NCBI RefSeq assembly: GCF_048593235.1
Contig: NC_133620.1
Coordinates: 168,518,852-168,582,851, forward strand
DNA: 64,000 nt
Source of the DNA: Sminthopsis crassicaudata
Taxonomy: Eukaryota
Direction of reading: 5' to 3'
A program made the position numbers and the translations under genes. The notes under the pieces were generated by a model. That model saw nothing but the letters and a program-made list of their open reading frames with translations, was not told the DNA's origin and ran no database searches. Of this stretch, positions 1-13,212 are shown piece by piece. Numbering within the stretch: position 1 is the first letter of the stretch; each line of letters begins with the position of its first letter.

Positions 1-169
1 GAAAAAGATAGTTTACTACTGGCCAACTAGACTCCGACTTGGAATATTACAAGTACGGCTCATTGCTAAGTCAGTATATCTTTATTCTCTCCTTAAATAT
101 TGGCTGCTTCCCTTCTGCTTGCAAACATGTTCATGTCTTGCATGTCCTTTAAAAACTCTCACATGAGCT

Positions 170-520
170 AATTATCCCAGCTTGCTGTCATCCCACATTT
201 CTTCTCCCTTCTGTGGTTTGTAGAAAGCCATCTACAATCAGCCTCCTACTTCCTTTCTTTTTGGTCTTTTAAAATTTCTTCAGTCTGGCTTCCAATCTCA
301 CCATGCAACTGAAACTGCTCTCCTGAGTTACCAAAGGCATCTTAATTACTGATTCCAATGGCTTTTCTTCAATCTGTATCCTTCTTGATCTCTTTCTGCA
401 GTCTTTGAAATTGTCCCCATGATTTCTTTTCCTGATTATTTTCTCATCTAGGTTTTCAAGATACTGTTAGTCAACTATCCTTTATCCTTTATGAAGTTCT
501 TATTATGTGCCAGTCCCACT
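170..520 (+). mobile_element. L2 LINE fragment (RT region)
   Basis: tctggcttccaatctcaccatgcaactgaaactgctctcctgagttacc...ccttcttgatctctttctgcagtctttga; decayed L2 ORF2. Confidence 0.7.
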
Positions 521-2033
521 GTGCACTGGGAGATACAATGCAAAGCAAACCACAAAAATAGATGTCTTTCGGTTCCTATCCTCCCATCTTGCTTATTGCT
601 CAGGAGTCTTTTCCCTTACGAACTGCCAAATTATGAAGATAGGATAGTTAACTTATCTACGAGCGTTCCAGTTGCACAAGCAATTTCCTAGTCTAATATA
701 GACTGACTGACATCTGCCCTGACTCCCAAGGTCAAACAGGAAATCCAGATTGGAGTACAAAAACCAATAATGCTAGTGGGGGCTTTTGTCCTTAATACAT
801 TCAGGGCCTCCTACATATTCTGGGTCCAGTGATGCTGAAAACATGGAAACTCAAAAGGACAAGTTCAGGGGACTCCTTAACAGGATGGGTGACAAAAGTC
901 AAAGATTTATGCTTGCACTAATGAAAAATATAACTAAACTTGTATCAATTTTTGGAACCCTGATTTAAAAAAAGGAAATACCATTAAATTCCAGGAAACT
1001 AGGAAATTCCATTGTGTGTGAATAGGTTACATTTTTATGTTATTTCATATATGGTAAAAAAAACATTTCTAGCTCTTTAAATATACTGAATGGTAATGTA
1101 CTGATCTGGAAGAATGAACATGTCTTCAAAATTGAGCAATTTTCTACCCACTTAAATGATCAGACACAATAAGTACCAACAAGATGTTGATATCTACATT
1201 GAAAATGATTATTAAATTAGTATTTAAAATGCTTAACTAAAATCAGATGAAAAAGCACAAAAAACATCATTTATGAATGTGTCACTTACATGAAGGCAAG
1301 GATATTAAAACCATTCTTGTTTCTTATGTAATTAAAAAAATAAAAATGGATATGCAAAATCAAAGTACCCAAAAGCACTCAGGCAAATGTTAACTACATC
1401 ATCAGGCAGATGCATTACTAAAAAAATGTTAAACAATTATATAATCAGATATAAATTATACATGAATGCATAATCATTAACACTTTCAAATCTGATTTAA
1501 AATGGAGCAATTTAAAAGTTAAAGGTCTCTAAAATTGGACCCAGCACAATTTAAAGTATAGAATTTTCTCACTTGTAGCATTAACCATTCAAGAGATTTA
1601 TTTAAACTATGTGGAAATGACATTAAGCTTGAATTGAAATGCTATTTTTGTTTCAAAGAAATAGAAAATATTTAAGAAGTGAGTTTTGAAAATATAGAAG
1701 ATATTCTATAGGAATCATCTTATAACATTGGTCCTGATAAGGGAAAAGATTATTGACATTTTGTAGCTTTCTAAAGTTATACATACCTTATTTTATGAGT
1801 GTAGTTATTGTGTTAATGGGTATGATCTGACCCACAGTAAAATGAACTCTGTGGAATGAAGTGTCACCAAATATATTTTACATGTAACTAATTACTCACT
1901 GATTGCTATAACCAAACTGATTTTATGTTTAATTGTGGAAATAATAATATAATTCAGTTTTAATATTTAGTATGTAAGTATAAAAACCAATGTCATAAAA
2001 ACAGGATAAGAATATAAGAATGCCATTAGTTAC

Positions 2034-2119
2034 CTTTGGTTTGATTTGGAGTTCTGCCTTCACTTTTTATCCCTTCTTCACATTCTTCTTTGATAGGCTT
2101 ATCCTCAATTTGTTGTTCT
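2034..2119 (-). CDS. L3MBTL3: L3MBTL3 exon (EQQIEDKPIKEECEEGIKSEGRTPNQTK), linker before the SAM domain
   Basis: ttttttatcag|AG acceptor and AAG|gtaact donor; 86 nt, phase 2 to 1; aligns with recalled human DQHADDVKEDFEERTESEMRTSHEARG. Confidence 0.88.
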
Positions 2120-2670
2120 CTGATAAAAAATAGGTATTTCCATGACTTAATACAAAGAATAAAATGTTATGAATGTTTGTTAGTAGCACTGTTGTTTCTT
2201 TTGTCAATATTGGGAAAAACCCCACAGAGAAAATAACTTTAGGTCTTTCTATGAAGGTGCTCAGTGCTTTTTATATATTACAATTGATAACTGCGAGACA
2301 AAAAAAATTATTTTTTCTTTCTCATTTACTTTTCAAAAGAAGAGTCAACATTTTTTTTCTTATTGTTTCTAAAAGTACTTACTGTCCTAGAAAATTCAGC
2401 TTTTCATTCCATCTACAAGGAGGCTTATTTGTGAATGTACAGTTTCATTCACATTATACTACTAGGATACTTTTGTAGAATGAGAGGATAAATATGTATA
2501 AAAGAAAGATGTACACTCATTTTTCTTTTTAAGTAATTTAAGTAATGACAATTACTTAAATCTGAAGGTTTAGTTATAGAGTGGTATTGGCCTAATGGGT
2601 ATGCCGAAATTTAGGCTCAGGCCAGATCACTTTATTTTTAATGTACAAGATTTGAGGAGATACTGTTAGT

Positions 2671-2701
<31 letters not shown>

Positions 2702-4079
2702 CAACCAGGGTCAGTAGATCTTTAACCTACAGAATCCTTCTCCTGTTCAGGGATAACCCCAGGGCTGAATTCCAAGGACAATCCAAAATGAGTAGAATTC
2801 CTAATTTTGTCTCAGTACAGTAACTTTTATCTTCAAGTTAGAGGAAAAAATCAGCCTCATTCTTTTGGGATGAAGGAATTAAAGGATGGACTCATATATA
2901 ATTATTTTAGATGTCAGCTTAATGGAACTACAATCTTTTCTACCAAATCCGACTGATCCTTCTAAACTCAGATCAGATTCTGTGATGAATTTAAATCTCC
3001 TTCATAGGAATTGCTCTAACACAAAATACAATTATATAAATCTATACAATTCGATATTTTATCATATTCTACTTTCTATTGTGAGTTGTTTGCTATATTT
3101 GTGTGCCAGCTACTGTACTACACATTAGGACTAGAAATACAAAAGTTTAGTTAGTCCCTATCCATTAGGAATTTATACCTAATAAAATATAAAAAATATG
3201 GGGATATGGGAACCAGGAATGGGTGTTTTGGTCTAGGGTGTCATAGGGAACAAAATCATAGGGAAGCATATCGTAGTTCCTTTTTCAATAGCAATAGTAA
3301 GAAATAGTTTGATTACTATTCTCACAGCAAGATCTTTGAGAACAGAGATCATACTTCATTATGCATTTTTAAATTTTTATTCTTCACTATACATTTTTAA
3401 AGTGACTAAAATAAGTCAAATCATAACCAATTTTAAAAGTTCTGTTGACAAAGGTGTTTATTTTATTCTGGACTTTTGAATGTAGCGGCAAGACATAGCA
3501 CTTACAACACAATGTTGAGGACACGATAAATATTTAAGAAAGTGTTACTCATTTCCTACAAGAATATTTTTTAGTAAAAGTTTTCATCATTTGAATTTGA
3601 GTTTTCACAAGAGGTCCAACTGCAACAATTAAAAAAAAAAACATCTGAAATTAGATTGATTTAATTACCATGTTAAGCCAGTAAAATGATATTCAGAAGA
3701 AATTAATTTGATCATAAGGGATTGGAGGTGAAGAACTATTTTCTGACTATTAAACCACTCGATAATTAAAAACTATTTTCTGATTAACATAATATTCTTC
3801 ATTGTACCTTAGTTACCCACAGGTGTAGTCACTCTTCATATCTCATCAGCACTGTTTCCTTGAGCCCTTCCTAAACTCTTCCTAAACCTCCATTTTATCC
3901 CCACTGATACCTCCAATCCTTCTAATATTTCACAGTCTATAGTGCTTGGTCTAGCCTTACTTTTATGCTTTTAAAATTTGGATCCTATGGCTAATCAGGA
4001 TTCCTACACCTTACTTCCTTACCTTATTCATTTCTCATACCATAGAGGTCTGGTTTAGATCCTACCCTTAGAGAAGAAT

Positions 4080-4980
4080 TTTCTCTCCAAAATGACCGAT
4101 GATCTCTTTAACTGTGAAATATGATAATAGCTTGTTCTTAGTCTTCATTTGGACCAATGCCTTTCTTGGATTCTCTCTTTTCTTTTGACTGTTGGGATAC
4201 AATTATCTTTGTCTCCTTCCTGATCTGTGTGATCTTTCTCAGTCTCTGTTGATGATTTTTTAGTCATCTGCTGCCACCTAATTGTGAGCATCCCCCAGAT
4301 TTGTCCTGGCCCATCTTTTCTTTCCTCTCCAGTTTAGAGATCTCATTTCTCATCTCTATGGAGATGACTTCTGAATCCATATATCCAGCCTTTCCTCTTG
4401 AATTCTAATTTGGCTTTATCAAATGCTACTAGCTGTCTATACCTAGATATCCTTTTGGCATCTCAAATTCAACATATCCAAAATAGTTCTGCTCCTCTTC
4501 TTTCCTGAACCCATTTATCCTTCAAACTTCCCCATGTGTTGAAAGTTTCACTAGCCTCTCAGTCTATCATACCTGTAATCTCTGAGCAATTCCTGATCAT
4601 TCCCTCTTCTTTACTTCCCATATGCTATCATTGGCCAGGATCTGTGAATTCTAGCTCCACAACTCTTTCAGATCTGTTTTCTTCTTCTCAGTTACATAAC
4701 CACCACCCTAGTTCAGGCAGTTTTCATCTCTTGTCAGATAATTCTAATGTCCTCCAAGTTGGTTTTCCTTCCAGTACTTCTCCCCTTCTCCCATCTAACC
4801 TCAACACAATTGCTAAAAAAAAAAAAATCTTAATTTAATTTTCTTGCAGAAAAACCTCCACTAGATCCTTACTGTCTCTAGAATAAAGTATATACTGTTC
4901 TGATTAATACTTAAGCCTCTCTACCATCTAGTTCGACCTTACTTTTCTAGATTTATTTTACATTATTGCCTTATTTAAAA
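4080..4980 (+). mobile_element. L2 LINE fragment (RT C-terminus to 3' end)
   Basis: catctcaaattcaacatatccaaaa (HLKLNMSK-like) and a typical pyrimidine-rich L2 tail. Confidence 0.8.
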
Positions 4981-7900
4981 AAACTGAATATGTCATGTTA
5001 TTCTGTGATATTACTAAATATTGTAGATATTCAAAAAAATCAAGAAGATTATATTCCATATTCTAATAATTCCATATTCAGCCTTTTGAAGAGTTAAGTT
5101 GAAAAAAAAAGTGGACTTTTTGATAGGATATTCCTGGTTCTTTTTACTTTTGGCAATTGATTAAAGATAAGCAACTAATTTTATTAATTACTCAGATTTA
5201 ATCAGCTAAAGAATGGACTATTCAGGCCTCTTTTGCTTCTTTCAGCCATTTTGTTGCTCTAATTAGATTTTTCCAGAAAAAAGACAAAATTTACTTTTTT
5301 AGTAGATCTAATAATTAGTTTTGAAGTCTTAAGAGTTTTCTATAGATCTCAGTGACATAAAAGATTCATGAACCTTTACCCCTTGGCCCCTCTTCCCTCC
5401 ACTCTCTGATTGGAGAGAGTAGGAAGTGGATATGTGGGAATTTATCACCTAGACTCTGATTTGAGAAGGGCACCCAGAGAATTTACCTTATCATTTTTCA
5501 ATAGGGTGAGCAATGAGATTACATCATCTCCAAGCAAAATATTAGGAGTAGAATGGTGTTAGGATACATAGGGAAAAGAGGAGACAAGATATTGTGGAGG
5601 CAGAATAAAATACTTAATAACCAACTAGATCCTTAATGGGAATTAAAGAAAACTCCATGATTATAAACTACACATACACATTATAAACTATACAAGGATG
5701 GTTGTCTTACTGGCTGAAATAAGGAAGTTTGGAAGAAGGCTGGAATAGGGGAATACTGATAATGAAATTTGTTTTGAACATGCTGAGTTGTGCAAATGAA
5801 GAGTTATCATCAAGGATGAATCCTATCAAATGTTTTATCCAGGATGCAGCCTCCAATAACCCCAACAGGTATTTATCAAACCAGATACCACAGTATAAAT
5901 GTGCCTGTTCCCAGTGTTGAATGAATACAACCATGCCCAAGGAACTCAAGGCCCATATATTCATCTCAGCATTTCTGGAGGAGTTTGAAGGTGAGGATAA
6001 CTATACAACAAACATACAAAAGACACAAACCACTCCTTTCTTTCACTCTGTCCTTCCAAACAATCTCCACAAATATATATCTGTATGGGCCAATGTTCTC
6101 AAAAATACACAAGCTACATATTCTTTCTTTAAATACTTCGAGCACTACAGCCAACTGTTGGAAGAGTTGATATATTTCCTTGGCACCTGCTGAATTGTCT
6201 TCTACCTTCATAATCCCTTTATGTAATTTTCTCCCATTATGATGACACATTCTTTTCAGTAGAAAAATGTAAGGAAGACCTAAGTGCTTTTCCAAAGTAT
6301 CAACACAGTTCTGCTTTAAGTGGGGTAATGTTTGTTCAAAATCTAAATGATAGGTTAAACATAAAAATGTCTCCTACTGCTTTAGATAGCACCCAAGTAT
6401 TTTACCATATCATAATGAAACCTATAAGAACATTTTACAGGCAAGGAAGAAAAAGAAAAAAAGTGTCTCTCAAACTTTATGCAGGTTTATTCTAGTCCAA
6501 AAAAGAAGCAAAATGATAGCTGATATTTTTAGGTATAATACTTCATGCTTTTTATCACAGAATATTTAAATTTTTACTCATATTTTAACTCAATTTTATT
6601 TTAAATTATTTTGTGCTGTGTCCCCATTTGGATAAAATGTTTGGTTTTAAATAGACAGACATCTATCTACATTTATATCTACATTTATATTTATGCATCT
6701 ATATACACAAATATATATTGTGTTTGTCTATGTATATATTTACAAATTTTTACATTCAGGTAGACATCTCTGAAACTTTGAAAGAATTATAATTTTTATA
6801 AACAAAGATGCCCTCCACTGGTATAGATAGTAACCCATCCATGCTTTCATATCCTTTGGCTTTTTCAAGTTTTTTTTAGAAATATTTCATTGAGATTTTA
6901 CCCCCAATTAAAGGTTTTTGTCTTAGTTTTTTTTAAATCAGTAATGAGCATAAATACAGAATAGCATAGTGGATGGAGGGATGGCCTGACTTCAAATTTT
7001 ATTCTGTACTTACTAGGTCTATGACTGTAGGTGAATCAATTAATCTAGAAAATAACCCTCTTTCCTCCCTAAATCCCTTCAAAAATCTAAACAAGTTAAC
7101 ATTTAAGAAAGTACTGCACAAACTATAAATCACCACATATATATTTTTATTGTCTTATATGTACTTACAATTATAAAAAAGATATATAGATAAAAACATT
7201 TTCAAAAACCTGTCATAATGCATTTTTCTCTAAGTCAAAAAATATGGATAACCAGAGTGTTTTTTTTTTCCTTTCTGACATATTTCATTGGTTGAAGGCT
7301 GCTCTAAATCAAAATCTAATATACTCAGACTGATAGCACAACATTTGTTATTGTGAAGAATAGTACTTAAGAATGTAAAAGTACTTACAAAATTCATGGT
7401 AGCACTGATGCTGCTGTTTGATTGTGTTACCAATGAAAACTACCATCTCTGTCTCAGCAGAGAAAACATACCTATTGCTATAAATAAGGAGCCCTGCTTT
7501 CTGCATGCACTAAAAATCAGGGAAACTGGGATTTCAGGTCTTTTAAATAACTTCCCCTCTAAAGGCCCAATTTATTTCTACACTTCCTCAGCAGGAACTG
7601 TAACACACAATTTTAGCTAAATAAAACTCTTCTTACTAAAAAATATTAGTTAGCATCTAATTAAACTATCCTGAAATCCAAATGAGGAATAAGAGATCTT
7701 TACATAATTATATTGCTTCACTGACCTATAATTCTCTTTTTCCTTTTATAATTATGCATTATATTCTGGATGTCTTACTGCCATGTTCTAATTATGCATT
7801 TGGGTAAATATTAGTGAGACAAAACATTACAGCAGTAAATATAAGTATTTTGGCTTTTTGCTACATAAATTATACTTCTCTGGCTTCATTTATTGTTCAC

Positions 7901-8139
7901 TTGAAAGTAATAGCCAGAAAGCTACAGTCAGGTTGTAAATTCTTGGGACAAAGGAAGGGAATTTTGTCTCATAATCAATGATGTATTGATGATAATAGGT
8001 TTATAGATTTGGAGCTGCAGGGGATTTTCAAAATCTCTCTTAGTTGTTTCATTTTCACAGGTGAGGAAATAGAGGCCCCGAGAAACTAAGTAATTTGTTC
8101 AAGGCTGTAGAACCAATAACTGATAATTTGGCATAAAAA

Positions 8140-8620
8140 GAAGACACTAACACCTTTTGTAATCTTAGTGTTTAAAGTGACCTTAGACCATTGAGTCTAA
8201 GATCCCATTATATGGAATATTCCCAAACAAGCTTTTTGGTTTTCATTCGACCATGTCTAGAGATGGGAACTTAAGACATCAAACGAGAGTCCATTCTTTC
8301 TCTAAATGGTTGTAACTAGTGGAATATTCTTATATTGTGCCCAAATCTGCTATTATAAATTCTAACCAACTGGCAAAAAAGAAAAAGTCTGTCTTCTTCA
8401 CATAATGATACTTCAAATGTTTAAAGGTTTTTATCATACTCCCCTCCCAAGTATTTTTTTCTCCAGATAAACAGCTCAAATTTCATTCTGTCTCCAATTT
8501 CACAAATTCCCAAAAACCTCCCCATCCTAGCTATTCTTCTTTAGAGAAGCTACAATTCAAATGAAGCATATAATGCAATTTGTAGTTGTCCTGTGCATTA
8601 CACAGTATTGTGTAACTAAT
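8140..8620 (-). mobile_element. CR1/L3 LINE fragment
   Basis: gatacttcaaatgtttaaagg...ttttctccagataaacagctcaaatttc, antisense of an L3 3' region. Confidence 0.55.
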
Positions 8621-8829
8621 GCCAGTGACCTCCCCTTTAGTTTGAGAGGGATCCATTGATTGTTAGCTTTTTGTTATGTTTATTCAACTAAATACAAACA
8701 CACTGTTTTCTCAACTAATCCACATCTTTCTTTTCCACTAGGATAACATGACAGACATGGTAAGGTACTTTGCTTTACAGATATATATTATAGACATATA
8801 TACTATGTGTATAACATTCCTCTGATCTA

Positions 8830-9300
8830 TCAAAGTGCTCTGTCCTGGACTCTCTTTACTTTTTTTCTTAATGAACTCATCAGCTACCATGGACATAATT
8901 ACCACTTTTCTGTAGATGATTTTAAATCTATGTAACCAACATTGGTTCAGTTCTTGAGCTATTGTCCTGCATTATCAACTGCCTATTAGATATTACAAAT
9001 CATATATTCTGTGGTATCTTAATCAACAAGCATTTATTAAGCAACTACTGGATGTCAGGTACAAACATAATATATCCAAAATACAATTCATTATCTTCCC
9101 CCCCCCAAACTCTCCCCAAGATTGGCAACCTGAACTCTTCACTTTCTCCCTTACCACACAAAAGCCCACCAGTTATCACTATTATTGATTCTACTTGCAG
9201 AAAATCTCTCCACTACTCTAGACTTCCTATTGGCTTTCCACTGGACTGCAAAAAGCTTCCTAAGTGGTCTCCCTGTTTCAAAATCCCCATTTCAAAGATG
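8830..9300 (+). mobile_element. L2 LINE fragment(s)
   Basis: tctgtcctggactctct...tctgtagatgatttta...tcctgcattatcaactgcctattagatatt. Confidence 0.7.
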
Positions 9301-10034
9301 AAAAAGCTAAAACTATGAGTCAGTGTAGCATAGTCAAAAGAACACCAGTTCTAGGATCAATTCAACTCCTACTTATGGCATGTCTCACCTAGGGAGTCTG
9401 ATAAATCTTTTAAGCTCTATAGGCCTCATTTCCCTCAACTACTGTATGTTCTATGTGATACATTCAGTGCCTTGAAGCTGACAGGATCTAACATTTTTCC
9501 CTTTTTGAAAACTATATCTTTAGTTTTCCGGACTCTCTCCAATTCCAAACTTTTTTTCCACACTCACTGACAGTGATACTATGAGCTTATCTGAAAGTTG
9601 TTATATTATCTTTGGCCTGGAGTTTTAAAATTCATTTAGAGTTTTCTGTTAATACTCCCTTACCTTGGATTTGAACTTTCTCTTAAATTATGTTCCATTT
9701 GAAGATGAAATTTCCTGTTACAAAAGGGAGAAAATAATAGTTTTGATTTTTCTCATTTGTTAACATTGTACTATTTGTTCTTGTTTCTCACTTGATTTTC
9801 TAATTGTTTGAAACTCACATTTATTATTATTAACAATAAAAACTTACAAAAGCAACATAAAGAGTACCAATTGCATTTGCTGTTCTAACTGGTTTCAATA
9901 CCCTAGAACAAGATCCCACCTTCCTGGTATTTTGAACTGCTCCCTTCCCCCCCCAATACCTCCCACCAATCCTTTCCAGTTAACTTTTGTATGCTGTCTT
10001 CTCTTATTAGATTAGCGTAAACTCCTTGAGCTGA

Positions 10035-10135
10035 TAAATGTAATAATTAGCAAGCCATTCCAGTGTCTCTGTCCAGAAAACTCCAAATGGGGACATAAAG
10101 AGTCAGAAGTTACTGAAAACTAACTGAATAACAAA
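10035..10135 (+). mobile_element. MAR1-like or RTE 3' tail fragment
   Basis: gcaagccattccagtgtctctgtccagaaaactccaaatggggacataaagagtcagaag...actgaataacaa. Confidence 0.65.
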
Positions 10136-10236
10136 GTGTAATTGAATGTGACTATGCCATTAAGAAACAATAAATATGAAGAATTCAGAGAAATGAGCAA
10201 CTACTATCTTTGGTTTTTGTTTGTTATTTTGTGTGT

Positions 10237-10338
10237 GAAGCAATTGGGGTTAAGTGACCTGACCAGGGTCACACAGTTAGGAAGTATTAAGTAAGTGTCT
10301 GAAGCCACATTTGAACCCAGGTCTTCTTGACTCCAGGG
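10237..10338 (-). mobile_element. WSINE1-like SINE, partial
   Basis: caattggggttaagtgacctgaccagggtcacacag...tttgaacccaggtcttcttgactcc is the reverse complement of the SINE body. Confidence 0.8.
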
Positions 10339-11364
10339 TTTTAGGTTACTATAATAACTGGAACAATAACAATTCTAAAACATAATGAAACCTATGTTTC
10401 CTGTCCTCAAAGAGCTTACAATCAAAGACAACATACAAAAGGAGTGGATGGGGTTCAAAAGATACCAGAGAGTTGAGTATCTTGTTCCAGGGTATTGAAA
10501 TGAGGCAGAACTACAGGTACTATTGATATTGTTTATGTTGATTTTATGTTTTTTATTGATAATAATAAATGTATATTTCCAACAACTAGAAAATCATTAA
10601 GAAATAAGTCCCTACTACTTGAGAACAAATGTTAACAAATGAGAAAATTCGAAATTACTATTTACTCCTGCCTTTCCTAACATGGTAAATTTCATCTTCA
10701 AAAAGAACAAAGTTTAAGAGATACTATATAAAGGACAATCTTGGTCCTGGAAAACTTAGTATTGTTTCTTCATCTGTTACTGCAGAAGGTTGGACTAGAT
10801 TACGTTTGAGGTCCCTTGCAGCTCTGGAAATTTGACCCTATGACTATAGAGGAGAAATCGGTTTACTCTGTAGTATGTGATTGCTCTGTAAACTGGCTTT
10901 GCTTAGATGTTGTCATTGTTGCACTGATAAGAAAGGATTCAATGGGGAAATGAATTACAGAATAATTGTAGCATAAAGTTAAAAGGTTAAAATAAAAAAG
11001 AAAAAGATTTTGGATTCACAAATACACACACATATGCATCCACACACATACACACCCCTCAAACATTCCTGATACTAGGTTTATAAGTCCATGTCATTCA
11101 TTTCTCTGCTCATAGAAGAATTAAAAAGGGCACTAAGGAGAATTAAGATGGGAAAAGCAATTGTACTAGACCCAAGACTATACAGATGATATATGTCTTA
11201 GAGGTGATATAATTGTGAAGATACTAAAGAACTGATTTACCAAGTATTTGGAATATACCAAATTTACTGGGGAAAAAAAATCAGCCCTTATTAATACATA
11301 AAAAAGTGGCCTAAAGAACATCAGTGAGTAATGACTTATATAACAACCCAGCAACAACAGCATA

Positions 11365-11620
11365 GCTAATATTTATGTAGGGCTTATTATGGTCCTATAC
11401 TAAGTGCTTTACTATCTCATTTAATTACTATCAATAAATTACTATCTTGTTTAATCTTTACAATAATCCTGAAAGATGGGTCCTATTATTATCTTCCTTT
11501 TACAAATGAGGAAATTGAGACAAACAGAATTAAGTTACTTGCCTAAGATCACACAACTGCTAAATGTCTAAAGCTATATTTGAATTCAGATATTCCTACC
11601 TCAAAAATCTATTCACCTAC
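11365..11620 (-). mobile_element. MIR-family SINE
   Basis: tttacaaatgaggaaattgagacaaacagaattaagttacttgcctaagatcacacaac CORE sequence. Confidence 0.8.
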
Positions 11621-11659
11621 TAATTCAAAATCTTTATGAGTCAATTACACACACATAGA

Positions 11660-11960
11660 GGGCACCCTCAATGGAGATATTAGTAAAAGAAAAGTAGGCT
11701 TTCTCACAAGATATTCAACAATAACCACAACTCTATCATTTCACAATTGACCCCTAGATGAAGAAAAAAATACTTTCCAGTTGTGCTTGCTGTTTGTTGA
11801 TTATGAAAAAGCATTTCAATTTAACAGTATAACATTCTGTTTTATAGATTATTCTAGATTCTTTGGAAGATCTAGCAGAAATAACTCCATTCACTGATAT
11901 TTTAATAGTAACTATCAGGTGAGGTATACCAGAGAGAGATGTATGCTCACCACACATCTT
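11660..11960 (+). mobile_element. RTE-clade LINE reverse-transcriptase fossil
   Basis: Decayed reading ...LCLLFVDYEKAF... at about 11778-11815, preceded by a GF(L/R)xRYST-like motif and followed by a DVCSP-like motif; frameshifted. Confidence 0.65.
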
Positions 11961-13198
11961 GACACCATTTTTTAAAAAGATATCTCCTTATTTTCTTCCT
12001 CAAGATTATTATTTTTGGCTACATGGTCTTTATTTTGTAAAGTCTTCACAACTTTCATGGACTATTTTTTTTCCAAAACCCAACTAGCTGGTACTAAAAA
12101 TGTCACCAAGATGGATAGGTGTCAAAGTTCAGAGGCATATGAGCTAAAAAACAAAAGTGCTGGAGTTGCAGAAGCAGCCCTGAACTTAGGTGCACGTCCC
12201 TCTAACCACCAGTATTTCCTTTCATATCTTAGATACAAATGGCTAACTCAGGAGTTGTTTTCAAAAATTTTATTTTGGCTGGGGATGTGGCTGAAAATTA
12301 TCTTTCCCCTTCCTGTCACAACAGCCTGGCTTGGATTTGTTGAAGCCACTTCAGAACTGAAACATAACCAAATGAGTAATTAACTGATAGACACATTGTC
12401 TATGAATGAGAGCTAGAAAAAAGTACTAGTTTAAGGAACAGGGGTTACAAGGAATCCTTGTTCTGTCTATGAGCAATTAGGGTATTCTCATTTTTAAATC
12501 CCTCCATTTTAGAACAAAAGTAATTTATAGGAAAACAAAAAGGAGAAAGGAATAGGAAGGAAGTAGGAATTGTAGCCAATGAGTTTTGAATTTCATTTCC
12601 ATGGTTACTGTTCAAAGAATGTTTTAAAAAGGAACTTACTTTAAGATAAAATGCAAGAAGAGTTTTGTTAATTGCAAAATGTTTATGACTTTAAAACATT
12701 AGGATCACAAGATAACAGAATTGTAGCACTAAAGGAAATCATAAAATTATGAAAAATTTTCACTACTATGACGTCTGGTCAAAAATTGCTTTATGATGTT
12801 GACAACTATAGAATTATTAAGTTTGTTCAATAATACATAATATGTTAGTGAAGTATAAAATATACAAAATATTAACTATTTTGAGATCAAGATTCAAAGA
12901 AAATCTTCAAGGTTCACTAATAACTAATCAACCCTGTAAACTAATTAGAAAAACATATTAAATAAAATTTAGGCTACAGATTTTTTGTATCTTTCATAAG
13001 AAGGCTAGGCAATGAGAACAAAACATTTGTTTTAAAGAGACAGATGTTATTGCTTTTCTAATATTTAAGAGCATCTTGAGCATAAAATTAATGGCATAAA
13101 AAAGATCTCTGCTTCAATGTTGTTCCAAAAACTTTACAGACATATTAACAATAATCCATGCTTTTCCCCTCTCCACTTTGAATGGTTGCTTTTGTATC

Positions 13199-13212
13199 AC
13201 AGCAGGTGGCAC
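13199..13212 (+). promoter_or_regulatory. Candidate CTCF core motif
   Basis: ACAGCAGGTGGCAC matches CCASYAGRKGGCRS at 13 of 14 positions; lies in a stretch with no recognisable repeat. Confidence 0.35.

Noticed and set aside
5729-6193. Apparent similarity to Rab GDI/REP proteins or to a Penelope-like RT
   Set aside because: Short motif resemblances did not keep the right spacing, so no identity was assigned. Kept only as an unidentified island.
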